Of a stretch of 64,000 nucleotides of DNA, positions 13,039 through 27,060 are shown piece after piece. The position numbers and the translations under genes were made by a program. The stretch spans positions 36,295,090 through 36,359,089 of the forward strand of contig NC_083435.1 in the NCBI RefSeq assembly GCF_020745735.1, in the 5' to 3' direction. Positions within the stretch are counted from its first letter, which is position 1, and the number at the start of each line of letters is the position of its first letter. The stretch is from Hemiscyllium ocellatum. Taxonomy: Eukaryota. The notes under the pieces are model-generated. The model saw nothing but the letters and a program-made list of their open reading frames with translations, ran no database searches and was not told the DNA's origin.

Positions 13039-14254
13039 CACCACCTCTTTTACCATCTTCAATGTTCTTATTGAAATATCTAAACCCCTGGAACCTGCAA
13101 TAACCATTCCTGACCCTGCTCTTTCCATGTCTCTGAAATAGCCACAATATCAAAATCCCAGGTATTGATTCATGCTGCAAGTTCACCCACCTTATTCCAG
13201 ATGCTTCTGGTGTTGTAACAGACACACTTCAAAGTAATGTTTTGCTTGCCGGTGCCCTCATGTGATCCTGAAACCTTATTTCGGACCTCTCTACTCTCAA
13301 CATCCTCTATATTCAAACTCCAATTTCGGTTCCCATCCCCCCACTGAATTAGTTTAAACTCCCCTCAGCAAATCCCGCCTCCGTCCACTCCCAGGATATT
13401 CATACCCCGCTGGTTCAGGTGAAGACCATCCAATTTGTAGAGGCCCCTTTGGAAGTTAACCTCATAGAGATTACTTTGCTATATCTTCTATCCCATGTTT
13501 CTCCTGTGGCAGCAACTGAGAACTGTGCCAGCTCCATTTCTCTTCCTGGATTGTATTTTAGATTGGAATTGTAACTCAGACCACAAGAATAACATTAGGC
13601 ACCTTGCTGGTGCTTTCTTGTAGGTTTGATCCATTTATCACTCTCCACCATGAACTTTCTGACGTGGATATCAACATGGAAATTTTCAAGTCCATAAAAG
13701 TGCTTTTTTTTAATCAGCATATCTGATCTGAGCCAAGGATGGAGTGTTGGATGTCAATGCTGCTAAATTGCTCTCTTTTACAAGGGCACTGCCAGTCCCC
13801 TTGCTATAAGCGCCTATTGTCAGGGGACAGGTTTCTTTCGAGAGGAATATAATAGACTTAACTACTGCCAGAACACCTTTCGGAATTGATTGAAACTTCT
13901 GTCAGGAAACTGACAACTAGCACTCTCAACTTCCTTCATCCCCTCCAACAGGTTTGCTGTGTGTTTTGACACATTTAATATAAGGAAGTTCTGTAATGGA
14001 TCAAGTCAAAGAATCTGCTCAACTCTGTCTCTATTGCTTGTGCTTTTTAGGAAACTACTGAATGTAGTCTATTTTAAAAATGTTTGAATGCCACTGAGAT
14101 ATAATCAGCTTTCTGATTTATTTTGAGCTGTAGCGGTGCATTCATTGCCATCTCTATCAATGTGCTAGATTTACAAAACTGCACTATTCAAGGTGCTTTC
14201 ATCCTGGCATAAATGTAGGTTGATTCTCCAAACCAGTGTTGAGTTAATTTGGAA

Positions 14255-14587
14255 TACAATCCCTACCGTGTGGAAACAGGCTGTTTGGCCCAACAAGTCC
14301 GCACCAACCCCCTGAAGAGTATCCCACTCGGTCCCCTACCCTATATTCTATACTTATCCTGACTAAGGCATCGAACCTACACATCCCTGAACACTATGGG
14401 CAATTTAACATGGCCAATCCACCTAACCTGCACATATTTGGACTGTGAGAGGAAACTGGAACATCCAAAGTAAACCCACACAGCCGCGGGGAGAACATGA
14501 AGATTCCACACAGTCACCCGAGGCTGGAATCAATCCTGGGTCCCTGACGCTGTGAGGCAGCAGTGCTAACCACTGAGCCACCGTGCC
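14255..14587 (-). mobile_element. HE1-like SINE (older copy)
   Basis: Reverse complement of tRNA head, V domain and CR1-derived tail. Confidence 0.85.
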
Positions 14588-17500
14588 TTCCCGAAACCAT
14601 TTAATATGGTTTAGGCTTACTCACAGTCACTCACTGCCACTATGCCATGTATTCTGTCTTCTTTGTTTCCAGATGTTAGAATTAATCACCTCTTAAACTT
14701 TTAAAGATGACAAATTTTTGTTTAGTATTTGCCATGCTCACTTGTTCACAAGAATTTGTTTAGATTGGTTCTCTCATATATTGCAATGACTCTCTAGTTC
14801 AGCCTGACCCCTGAATACTGACACATATCTAGCCAATTAATTACTAGTCCTTTTCAGATAAAAAGAATAAACTACACAATGACTACCTAAATAAAAGACA
14901 GAGGAACTAACCATGACATTAACATATATACACAACTTTTCCTTTAATTATGTTAACATTTCATTCGAAGAAAACATTCTGAATCAATAAAATAATACAT
15001 TTTAGATGCTTGTATTCAATTATTGGACGATGATTTGTAAGAACATTATCATCTTTTTAAAATTTTAAATTCGCATGACCACTTTTTTCCTCAGGTTTTA
15101 TTCTGAATTACCTTTTACAATAGTGTGGAATTTGAATTAAATACTGAACAAATGTATGCATTATGATTAATCTTGTTTGAATGGACTTATCTACGAGATT
15201 TGCAACAAGTGCTTCTGTATTTCATCAAGTGATTTGCTATCCAATTGTAAAATTGTAATCATTTATTATCTGCTTATCAATAAAACAGGTGATTTAATCA
15301 AGCTTGAATCATTTTTATTTACAGTTAACTGCCTGGACAAAGCTGTGGAGAGAGTCACTGACTGGGGAGGCTGAGAGTGTCTCACCTTGACAAGTGATGT
15401 GTAATGTTACTGTTTCAGTATGAACAGCTTGAAATGCATTTACTTTCCCTCATGCTCAGTACTAAAGACTACTCCAGGAGTGCCTCTACCAATCTGTACA
15501 AGTCAGTATGTGACAGTAATTGGATAATACTTGGCAATGGAGCCTGGCCCACAGATAGAACAGAATCCCTTATCCTGGACTTCAGCATGTAATCATCACT
15601 CCTGGAAAAGGAGGGGCTGAGGGAGATGTACATCCAGATGGTGCTAGAACTATAAACAATTAAGCATCTTTTCATAAAGTAAAGGTAAATGCCTGGTTTG
15701 CTTCCAGAAAATGTAATTCCAATATTTCCACATGATTTTAAATTGGAAATTGATGCTTCTTATGGAATTTAAGACATATAAAGTGAAGAAGGAGGACATT
15801 AATAGACAGGACTGTGAAACACTGCCATCCAGTTGTTGAGAGGGGCTGGAGTTGCATTCTGTTAATTTGCAACAAAATGAAACAGAACTGATAATTCGGA
15901 GCATTATGTATCAAATTAATAAATAAAGGAGTGTCACAAATTACAAATACTGACATGACATAATTTCCTTTTTATACCTGAGGAGTGCTCATATTCGCAA
16001 ATCTATTTGAAAAAGGGTTTTGCCAAAAAACAGCAGTTGGAAAACCACGTCACGTAATCCCTGACCATTGCACAGCTGTGGAATAGATCACATATTCTCC
16101 AAACTGTGAAGCAAATCAATTGATCAACAACCAACAACTTGCATTCTGACAGAGCAGCCGTTATCCTAGAAAATCACACTAGGTGCTTCACGGAGGCATT
16201 TGTAAAAGGCAGTTGGAAGAGCTAAATGCTGGCCTGTTTAACAAAATCATTTTATCTATCCTTTTAATCTGAAACTGTTCCTTCTCAACCACAGTCAGAA
16301 TCCCAGAGTATGTCCAAGTTTAAATCAGACAGACAGCTTCACAGTGGGAGGTTGAGTTCACAACTGCCTGCTGACAGACCCCACATGGACAGCAGATGTG
16401 ATGAAGATTTGCAGATTTTGACTCACTCCTTATTCTGTGAATGAATTCTGCCGTGTTAATGTACTGCGGCCGGACACTCCATACAGACAATCCCAGTTCC
16501 AAACTTCCAGCTCAGCACCAACCTCATCACCTGTCCCACCTATCTGCTCCACCCTCCCCTCCGACCTATCACCTTCACCCCACCTCCATCCACCTATTGC
16601 ACTCTCAGCTACCTTCACCCCAGCCCCAATCCCCCTCCCATTTATCTCCGCCCCGAGGCTCCCAACCCCATTCCTGATGCAGGGCTTTTGCCTCAGACGT
16701 CGATTTTCCTGCTCATCGGATGCTGCCTGACCTGCTGTGCTTTTCCAGCGCCACACTCTGAACTCTAATCTCCAGCAACTGTAGTCCTCACTTTCGCCTA
16801 CTCCATACAGACATACAAACACAAACAAGGATCAAGAGGAGGCCACTTGGTCCTTTGGGCCTGTTTCACTGTTTCACTAAGATTACACTTGTCATGGTTT
16901 TTACCTCCATTCTACATTCCTGCAGTTCTCCAGTGATCTTTCATCTCATTAATGACAAGATTCCATGAAAGGTAGAACTTCAGCTGGAAGTCTGAAATTA
17001 CATCACTCCCTCCCTAATGCTGCTCACTTACAGAAGGAGGAAGGTTCCTGTGTCACTTACCCTATTTCCTTGGACAGTGAGTTCCATTCTGTGTTAAAGA
17101 ATTCCTCCTGAATTTGTGATTGAAGTTATTGTTGGGGATGTTACAAATCGTCTGCTGGTGCCCTGTAATGGGATGGGACAAGGATGCAATGAGGTCTCAA
17201 GGTGAAGTGAATGGACAGGACAGTGAGGTAGGAGTGTCAAAAATGTGGGGCTCTCCACTGTTGGGAGTTGCAGGGGTATCGGCAAATGGCTGAGAACTGA
17301 TGATACCCAAATGAACCTTGGTGTCCTTTTCCCAGGTAATGCTAAAGTACACATGCAGGTACAGCCAGGAATTTCTCTGGCAACGGGTACGCTAGCATTT
17401 ATTACAAGAGAAACTGAGTTTAGGAGTGAACCAGCCTGGCTGCAGTGGTGCCCAATCTCAGTGAGACTCCACCTTTCATGCTGTGTCTCCTATCGTTCCC

Positions 17501-18069
17501 CTGAGCTAGGAGGGATTACAACCAGCACAATGATCCCAGAGATAGCAGGATCTTCTCATCAGATGACAATGAACAGAATTGCCCTGTGATGTCTTAAAGT
17601 GCAGAAGATGGAGGGGTTAAGTTGAAATGAGACATAAGACCATGTGATGTAGGAGGAGAAGTAGACCATTCAGCCCCTTGTCCCTGCTCTGCTATTCCAC
17701 AGGATCACAGTTGATCCAACTTTCATCTCCACTTTCCTGCCCTTATTCCCATAACCTTGATTCTCCACAGTGTAGTGGTGCTAGGATTCTATGATCTGGT
17801 ACGATCAGACTTTAACAAAATTCCACTTTGATTGTCCCTTTTTATTCTTTGGGTCACAAAACCAAATCCAACCTCAGCTGTGAAATCCAGACTCCATGGC
17901 CAGGAAGAGGGATCAAACACTCTGGTGATGCCTTGTTTGTGAGCCCCTTATATCCCACACCCTCATCCTAACCTTTAATCCTTCCATCAAATCCTTCAGG
18001 TGCCAGTGCATTCACAGTTAAAGAGCTGGAATTGAACTGCTGTGACACATTTATCAAAACTTTTCGCTC

Positions 18070-19075
18070 TTGCAGGAGAAAGTGAGGACTGTAGATATTG
18101 GAGATCAGAGTCAAGGGTGTAATGCTGAAAATGCACAGCAGGTCAGGCAGCACCCGAGGAGCAGAGGAATCAACGTTCCGGGCATAGGCTTTTCATCAGG
18201 AATCAGAGGTGGGAGCAGAGAAATGAATAGGAGAATGGGAGTAGGGTCGGGGACAGGAGAAGGCAGCTGGGAAGGCATAGATGTAGGTGGAGGGTGATGG
18301 TGATGGGTTGGAAGGGAGGGTGGAGCGGATAGATGGGAAGGAAGATGGACAGATAGGATAGTTTGAGAGGGCAGTACTGAGTTGAAAGGTTGGAGCTGGA
18401 ATAAGGTTGGAGGGGTGGAGGGGAGATAAGGAAACTGGTGAAATCGACAATGACGTGTTTGGAGGGGCTAAAGGTGGAAGATGACCAAGTGTTAGGTGGC
18501 TAGGGTTTGATGGTGCAGGAGGCCCAGACTTGCATGTCCTTAGCAGAGTGGGAGGGGGAGTTGAAATGATTGGCCACAGGGTGTGGGGTTGTTTAGTGCC
18601 TATGTCCCAGAGGTGTTCTCTGAAACATTCTGCAAGTTGTCTTCCTGTTTCCCCTATGTAGAGGAGACCAGACCGAGAATAACAGATGAGGCGTTTGGAT
18701 GAGCAGGAAAATCTCTGCCGGATGTGGAAGGATCCTTTGGGGCCTTGGACGGAGGTGAGGGGGGAGGTGTGGGCGCAAGTTTTACACTTCTCGTGGTGGC
18801 AAGGGAAGGTGCCGGGAGTGGAGGCTGGTTTGGTGGGGAGCATGGATCTAATGGGGGAGTCACGGAGGAAATGGGGTCTCTGCGGAATGCAGACAGGAAT
18901 TGGGAGGGAAGTATATCTCTGGTGACAGGATCTAACTGTAGGTGGAGGAAATGGTGGAGGATAATGGACTGTATCCAGAGATTAGTGGGGTGAAAGGTGA
19001 GGACAAGGGGAATCCATCCTTGTTGCGGCTGGAGGGATGGGGTTCAAGGGCAGGGGTGTGCTGCACTTGGAGGGA
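18070..19075 (-). mobile_element. Penelope-like element family B, GIY-YIG endonuclease remnant plus pLTR
   Basis: ORF 18196-18843 contains CKTC...LLYIGETGRQLAECFREHL. Related pLTR pieces at ~205-335, 16500-16800, 27790-28040 and 37630-38150. Confidence 0.8.
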
Positions 19076-21284
19076 TGGACTTTGACGCCAGTTGTGTTTG
19101 GAGCATGCACAGTGTGAGTGATGGCCATTGGTGAAGATGCTGTTTTGTTTCCATCTGCCTGCTGTGAGGGAACAAGGAGGACACTTGAGGCAGAAGGTGG
19201 ATGGAGAAGAATTGAAAACATTTATTTAAGACTGTAAATCTTGCTTAACAAACCAGCAAGTCCCGTGTTTATACTTCAGGAGCCTTTATGAGACAGCCTC
19301 TTTGTCTGTGGCATGTCTGACACTGTTTCTGTGTCTATATCTCTGTGGGTCTGAGTCTCATTCTCTCTGTCTGCCTCTGTGTTAAACACAATGTTCCATT
19401 CACAAATCCATGTAGACTTTGTCCGAGCAGATAGTTATTAACCCGGTGTCCATTTAATTCACTCTTTTTAACAGATTCTCACATTTTCCTTACCTTTGAT
19501 GTGATGTAAACAGGTCTGTCGTTCCCTGTGTTTTCTCTTGCTCCTTTCTTATCACAAGGTGACTTTTGCCACCTTCCAATCCACAGGAATCATTTCAGAA
19601 TCTACACAAGTTTAGAAGCTAATTATCAATACATCAACTATCTCTCCAGGTACCTTTTCAACACTCAGGGATGAAGGCAACCAGTCCCTCAGGATTATAA
19701 CTTTCAGTGTCTGTAATTTCGTCAGTACAATCCACTAACAAATTCCTTTCAGCTGTTCATTCTCTTCAGTCACACGGATCTCTACTTTTGGGAGACTTCT
19801 TGTATCTTCCTCATAGAAACCAGGCACAAAGTTATCGCTATAGCTTCTCAGTCATTTCTCTATTCCCATTAAAAACTCTCCTGATGCCTCCTTTAATGGA
19901 CATAGATTCATTGTGGCCAAGCATACTCTTTCTATGTACCAATAGAAGCTGATGTATATGTTTTTGCTAGATCCCAATAATATTCTATTGATCCCTTGTT
20001 TATCAGTTTACTTAGATCTGTGTCTAGAATCCTTACAGTGTGGAAAGAAGCCATTCAGCCCAAACAAGTTCACACTGACTCTCTGAAGAACATCCCACCC
20101 AGATTCAGCCCCTACCCTAAACCTTTCCCATGGCTAATTCATCTAACCTACACATCCCTGGAAACTATAGGCAATTTAGGATGGTCAATCCACCTAATCT
20201 GCACATCTTTGTACTGTGGAAGGAAACCTACATAGACACAAAGAGAATGTGTAGACTCTGCATGGACAGTCGCCAAAGGCTGGAATTGATCCCAGGTCCC
20301 TGATGCTGTGAGTCAGTAGTGATAATCGCTGAGCCACCGTGTCACCTCAAATTGTCCTCCTCTGTTATATTCTACAAATCGTCCAATTCTCAGAAGTCCT
20401 GCTATTTCTGATAACATTATTGGTGTTTTCTTTTAATGGTATGCAGCCATCACTTTTTCTTTAGCAATGGTTGACTGACCTTTTATGAGTTTTTAAGCTT
20501 TGATAAATGTATATATGCTTTGAGTCATTTGACCATAATTTAGAGATTACTCATTGTTGTATACTGTCACTTGTTGTATTGCTTCAATCCACCTCAAACA
20601 ATGTGTATTTCACACCTTCATCATTTCTCTTATTCCAATTGACTACCTTTACTTTTCACCTTCCAACATCATGTAATGTTTATCATCTAACGGTCACTCA
20701 TCCCAACAATGTTTATTAACAGGTTGTTAATTCACCATTTTCCAGAACAGAATGCTAGATTTGAAATAACACATCTTCCCATTGGGTCCCCAACAGACTG
20801 CTCTAGAAAATCATCCTGAATAGGCCCCAGAATCTTATTCCCCGCTGTGGTGAAAGGTTATTGGAGAATCATAGAATCCCTACAGTGTGGAAATAGACCA
20901 TTCAACTCAACAACTCCATACCGATCCTTCGAAGAGTATCCCACACAGACCCATTCCCCTACCCTATTACTCTCCATTTACCCCTGACTAATGACCTAAC
21001 CTACATATTCCTGGACACTATGGGCAATTTATCATGGCCAATTCACCTAACCTGCACATCTTGGTGCTCAAATGTTTTACCCAGTCTTTGTGCAGATTAA
21101 AGTCACATGTGATAATTGTGATGTCCATGGTATGTGAGACTTTCAAGTGACTAATGCCATGGTTCCATTACATGCCCCCCATAAATAAAATGAGTAATTA
21201 TTGAGTGCTGCCCCTTGCTGCTTCTTAGCTGCACCTAAATACATTCCAAACTTTATTATTCTGATCTGAAATACTTTCACTAAT

Positions 21285-24274
21285 TGAGATTTGGGAGAAG
21301 ACTTGTAGCTCAGCATGTGGGTCAAGTTGTCAGTTTGCTCACTGAGCTGGTGGGTTTGTTTTCAGACACTTTGTCACCATATTAGCTAACATCATCAGTA
21401 AGCCTCCGGTGAAGTGTTGGCATTCTGTCCCACTTGCCATTTATGTGTCTTGGTCTGTGGTGGTGGGTGGTATCATTTCTGGTTCTGTTTCTCAGAGGTT
21501 GGTAAATGGGAATTCCCTTGCATGTCTTTGTTTAGTCTGTCCCAGGATGGATGCATTCTCCTAAATGAACTGGGCTCCTTCTTCACCTGTGATAGTTGGT
21601 CATGTGTTTTGGTGGCTAGTTGGTGCTCATGTATCCTGGTGACTAGCATCCTGCCCGTTTGTCCAATGTAATGTTTGTTGCAGTCCTTGCTGGTTATTTT
21701 GTATATGACATTCGTTCTGCTGGTTGTGGGTAAGGGGTCTTTTAAATCCATCAGGAATTGTTTAAGCGTTCTCATAGGTTTGTGGGCTACCATGATGCCT
21801 GGGGGCCACAGTGGTCTGGTGGTCATCTCTTTGATGTATGGCAGGGTGACTAGACTCTCTGGGCATGTTGTGTCTTCCTGTTTAGTCTGTTATGTAAGAA
21901 TCAGCAGACTGCGCTTACCAGGTAATTGTCTCTGAATACGTTGTCTACCTGTTTCTCCTCAGTTTCTCACAGTTCTGGGGTGCTGCAGTGTGTTGTGGCA
22001 TGTTTAAATAGTGTCTTGATACAGCACCGTTAATGGGTGTTGGGATGGTTGCTTCTGAAGTTAAGTAACTGGTCCGTGTGTGAGATTTCCCGTAAACACT
22101 GGTCTGGCGTTCTCCATTGGCTTTTGAGGGTGTTCCCTTCTTTCTTTCTGCATAACGATGGTGCTCCTATGTCTGATAGCCTGCTGGGTTTCTTCTGTAA
22201 ATCCGTTGTCTTTCAGAGTGGACTCCAGTGCTGGTAGGAAGTCCTTTTTGTCCATGTCCCAGTGGTTGTAGATCATCCCTTGTACTAGGATGGTTTTTTC
22301 AGTGTCTGTGAATGGTGGATCAGACAGGGTCTTTATCCAGGTCTCTGAGTTGTCCATGTTGTTACTGCAAGTAAGCTGAGGTAGTTTCTCTTGTAGGGCC
22401 ATCTTTTCTTTTCCTGGTCTGCTGTTTGGATTCTCTACAGTATGGAAACAGGCCCTTCGGGCCAACAAGTCCACACCGACCCTCCGAAGAATAACTCACC
22501 CAGACCTATTCCTTTACCATCTATTTAACCCTGACTAATGCACCTGACCCGGTGAGCAAATTAGTATGGCCAATTCACTTGACCTGCACATTTCTGGATT
22601 GTGGGAGGAAATCGGAGCACCTGGAGGAAACCCACACAGACACGAGGAGAATGTGCAAACTCCACACAGACAATCGCCAGAGGCAGGAATCGAACCAGGT
22701 AACTGGCACTGTGAGGCAGGAGTGCTAACCACTGAGCCACCGTGCTATTGTTTAATGTTGATGGTTTGTTAAAGTGTAGCTGCTCATTCATGGTTGGTCA
22801 CACTAGTGTACAGAGGTTTTTGTCAGTAAATTTCGTGATCATATTTGTGGAGTTGTTTGTGGGCATTGTTTATCGTTTCTTATAGCACTCTGTAGCCATT
22901 CTGTTCTGTTGTTCTTCTGACGTGTGGAATGTTGGGAGGTGGTTTGCATCATGGTAAGCCTGTTTCCTGAGGCAGCCATGCAGGATGTACGGTTGCTGGC
23001 GAATGGCGCTCAGTCGAATGGTGTTGGTTTCTCTATGTTGGCCTGTTCCTTGAATAGTCTGTGAGATGGCTCTTAGGACTAACTTGAGCGTTTGTGCCCC
23101 CCATAGGTATTTGAGACTTTGGGAAGATTTGTAGCTCAGGCTGCCTGTCTGCTCGCTGAGCTGATAAATTTGTTTTCAGATGTTTCACCATCATGCCAGG
23201 TAACATCATCAGTGAGCGTCCAGTGACCCATTAGTGTAGTGACCTGCTTGTATTTATGGGCATTGGTTTGTTGTGGTATCATCACAAAATGCAACAAATT
23301 AGAAGAAACTCACGAACGCATAAACAACATCCTTACCGGTATGAAGCTCACCACAGAGAAAGAGAACAATAACCAACTCACTTTCTTGGATATCACAGTA
23401 GAAACGAAAGCTGATGGAGATCTGCAGATCAGTGTCTACAGGAAAACCACACACATTGACCAAGATACTCAACCGCAGGAGCAATCATTCCCAACACACA
23501 CAAATGGATCTATATCAGAACACTATCTAGATGAGTGACAACACACTACAGCACACAGAACTGTGAGAAACTGAGGAGAAACAACTATACAACGTATTCA
23601 GGAACAACAATTACCCAGTAAGCGCAGTCCGCCGATTCCTACATAACAGATCTAAACAGGAAGACACAACACATCCAAAGACTCTCGACACCCTGCCATA
23701 CATCAAAGACATTTCAGAGATGACCATCAGACCACTGTGGCCCCAGGCAACATGGTAGCTCACAAACCTACGACCACACTTAAACAATGCTGATGAATAT
23801 AAAAGACCCCTTACCCACAACCAGCAGAACAAATGGCATATACAAAATAGCCTGCAAGTATTGCAACAAGCATTACATTGGACAAATGAGCAGGAAGCTA
23901 GTCACCAGGATACATGAGTACCAACTAGCCTCCAAAAGATCCGACCAACTATCAGATGAAGTGGGACACCAGTACGACTGGTACAATACATCCATCCTGG
24001 AACAGGTTAAACAAAGAGACAGGTGGGAATTCCTCGAGGCCTGACATTCAAACCAGAACTTCATCAACAAAAACAGATTTGGAGGCCATTTACCAACCTC
24101 TCAGAAACAGCTCTGGAAATGATATCACCCAGCACAATAGACCAAGTTAAAAATAAATAGCAAGCAGGACAGAACACCAACACTTCACTTGAGGCTCACT
24201 GACGATGTGAGCTAACATGGTGACAAAAGCTCTGAAAACAAACCCACCAGCTCAGTGAGCAAACAGACAACCTG
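21285..24274. mobile_element. Penelope-like element with inverted arms (minus 21285-23240, plus 23250-24274); SINE nested at ~22425-22746
   Basis: GIY-YIG remnants (NVIYKITSKDCNKHYIGQTGR; NGIYKIACKYCNKHYIGQ) on opposite strands. TSD ACTTTCACTAAT (21273-21284) / ACTTTTACTAAT (24275-24286). Confidence 0.8.
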
Positions 24275-25156
24275 ACTTTTACTAATGTACTGCTCTCATC
24301 CCTTATTATTAGTACAGCACATTGCCCTTTGTCTCTTGTCTCTCCAGCCAGTGGGACAATAAGAAGCCAGGGATAATGACAATGTTATATAGGATATCTT
24401 GTATTGTAATGAATGATTCTATGAGTCTGACTATGTTGGGCTGATCCTTGACTAGTCTGTGAGATAGCTCTTCCAATTTGGTCACTCTCCCCACTGTGAG
24501 TGAAGAGTACATGGCCGAGTTAACAGGGCTGCGTTTGATGTTGTCATTTCCAATGCTAAAGTCAATGCCAGATAGTCTATTCAGTTTTATTCTTTTGTCC
24601 CTTTTTAGTGGTTGATAACACACAGTATCTTGCTCAGCCATTCCACAGGTCAGTTATGAGTCAAGAATGTTACTGTTCGTCTGGGGACACATGTAGGTAA
24701 TGACAGCATTGTCCTTCATGAAAGGACATCAGTAAGCCAGATTGGTTTTTCTAACAATTGACAATGGTTTTATGATCATTGTTAGACTACTAAATGTACA
24801 TTTTTATTGAATTCAAATTCGCCCTCTGCCATGAGTGTGATTCAAACTTGGGTTCCCAGAACATTACCTGGATATGAACATTATAATCCAGCAACAATAC
24901 CAGGAAGCCATTTCCCTCTCTTGTTCTAGTTCCTGTAACCCTTCAACTTGAATGTCTAATGCGAATATCTAGGGGCATAATCCATGGGCACTGACTGCAT
25001 GAACCCCTTCAGGCTGAGGGTCCCAGCAGTTAGTCAAGGACAGCTTCCAATATCAGTGCAGGGACTTGGATACAGTCAGATTCAGATTATCATTTGACTC
25101 ATAACCGACCTGTAGAACGGCTGAGCAATACACCGAGTCACAGTCAGAGTCTCCAC

Positions 25157-25461
25157 ATTAGATTACTTACAGTGTGGAAACAGGCCCTTCGGCCCAACAA
25201 GTCCACACCGACCCGCCGAAGCGCAACCCACCCATACCCCTACATATACCCCTTACCTAACACTACGGGCAATTTAGCATGGCCAATTCACCTGACCCGC
25301 ACATCTTTGGACTGTGGGAGGAAACCGGAGCACCCGGAGGAAACCCACGCAGACACAGGGAGAACGTGCAAACTCCACACATTCAGTCACCTGAGGCGGG
25401 AATCGAACCCAGGTCCCTGGCGCTGTGAGGCAGCAGTGCTAACCACTGTGCCACCGTGCCG
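25157..25461 (-). mobile_element. Young full-length HE1-like SINE
   Basis: Intact A/B boxes, V domain and AGATTACTTAC tail end. Confidence 0.95.
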
Positions 25462-25989
25462 TTGACATCTGTATAGTCAAAGGAGTTGGCTATGATCAGG
25501 CCTGTGGCTCCAATGGATCCAGTCCAGGGATTCTGGGGCAGACAATCAGGAAGCTGTACAGAGATCAGTCAGGGATCTGGTCACTCATCTTTCAGGCTGT
25601 CCAGCTAAGTCACTTAAAGGCGTGGGACGTTGTCAGTCCCAGATGGGGTCTGTCTACTTAAAGTCAAGGAGGATTAACAGGATCCAGTGTTGGGAGAGAG
25701 AAGTTAGGATTCTAATTGTGAACGCTGGAAGCAGCACTTAGAGGGATTACAACTGTGAAGGGAATTACAGCAACTCAATAAATAGGGGTGTGATAAATGA
25801 GAGAGTTGAGTGGAATGAGCTAGTGCTTCTAATTAAACCTGTTGGACTATAACCTGGTTTTGTGTGATTTCTTATCTTGGACAGTGTTCTCCAAAATGGG
25901 CTTTGGGGAGGGAATGGTAATTGTAATGAATTATAATGAGAAATCAGTGACATGGTTTTAATGGGGAATCAGAAAGCTTTTTAATGAAA

Positions 25990-27060
25990 CTCAGATTCAG
26001 GCCGAGTGGTCTTCTCTCCCCTCTTCTACTCGGGTGTTGTATAGAACCTTTTGTCAAGTCCATCGTGAAGCGGTTGAACTTGAGTGCTGACCATCACAGG
26101 CAATGGAGACACTCAGCTCAAAACCTCGAGGTACATGGTGGGTTTCACTGTCATCTGCTTAAATCTTTGCCGGTGCAAAGATTGATGAGCATCTGCTGGT
26201 TCAACTGTCCTCAGGAGGCAAAGTGAACTGATGCCAAAGTGAGGCCATGGTCTCTGGAAATGAGACCAATTGATTGTTCTTTCCCCATTGGATCAGATTA
26301 CCTGAAGGAGTTGGGAACGTGTTTTGAGGGACTGTGTGTGCACTAAAAACTGTAAGGAGATGATAGTGAAGGTAAAATTGAAACTGGGCAGGGGTGAAAG
26401 ATACTTTCTGTTGTTGGGTAGTACATACCTGGTCACTAGATGTGAGGCACTTTCGATGTTGATGAACATGGTACTGGACTAGCTGGTTCTTCAGCCCTGC
26501 AAAGTTGACATCATTCAAGTGGTTTTCCACTTCAAATAGGAAAATGGACTGTGTTCAGGACAACATGATGTCCAAATTGCTGGAAGAGAAATGGAAAAAT
26601 GTACTCAACGTCATCTTCAACCCCACAGCCAGCTTTGTGTACACCTGCATCAGGCCGTGCATGGACCCTCTATAAACAAATACCACGTGTTTTCTGAGCA
26701 TCTGCTTGTCCCTGGTGTTGCACAGGATGGGTCTGGTCATGTTCCCTATCCCTCATAGAAACATTAACGGCCACAAGTCCATCCAGCAGTGGTCAGCACT
26801 AAACATCTTTGAGATCCTGCAGGAAAACGCGAATCTCAATCCTGTCAATGGTTTCCAAAGCAGACTGTCAATGTAATTCAGCAGAATGGTCATGGCCAGA
26901 ATTTACAAAGAAGCATCAAAATGGAACTCACCGATTGTTCAATTGGGTCTTTCCTGACAGAACCATTTTGTCAACCCTTTCTCCAAAGTTGCCTTCAAAG
27001 TGACTGGGGTGGAGAGAAGACAGTTGTGTACCTCCTTATGGAATGTGCCTTTGCAAAGAA
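25990..27060 (+). mobile_element. Old Tx1-clade LINE RT fragment
   Basis: LSPLLLGCCIEPFVKSI remnant is homologous to the young copies at 34061, 54001 and 61516; heavily mutated. Confidence 0.7.

Larger units (their letters stand above)
8581..13440 (-). mobile_element. CR1 LINE (endonuclease, RT, AGAACAT-type tail at 8581) interrupted by three later insertions
   Basis: RT remnant at 10080-10328 (RDSQHGFVKGR...[21 protein letters not shown]); EN remnant at 11532-11762 (GVFYRPPN...VVMEDFNLPNIDW). CR1 sequence resumes after each insertion. Confidence 0.85.

Noticed and set aside
15469-15675. 68-aa minus ORF in AT-rich unique DNA as a possible TRIM exon
   Set aside because: No coiled-coil or B30.2 character, and nearby acceptors give immediate stops in phase 0.
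25094-25465. Recurring short ORFs such as MWKQALRPNKSTPTRRS and the antisense ORFs over Tx1 and Penelope
   Set aside because: They are translations of SINE sequence or antisense shadows of retroelement ORFs, not genes.
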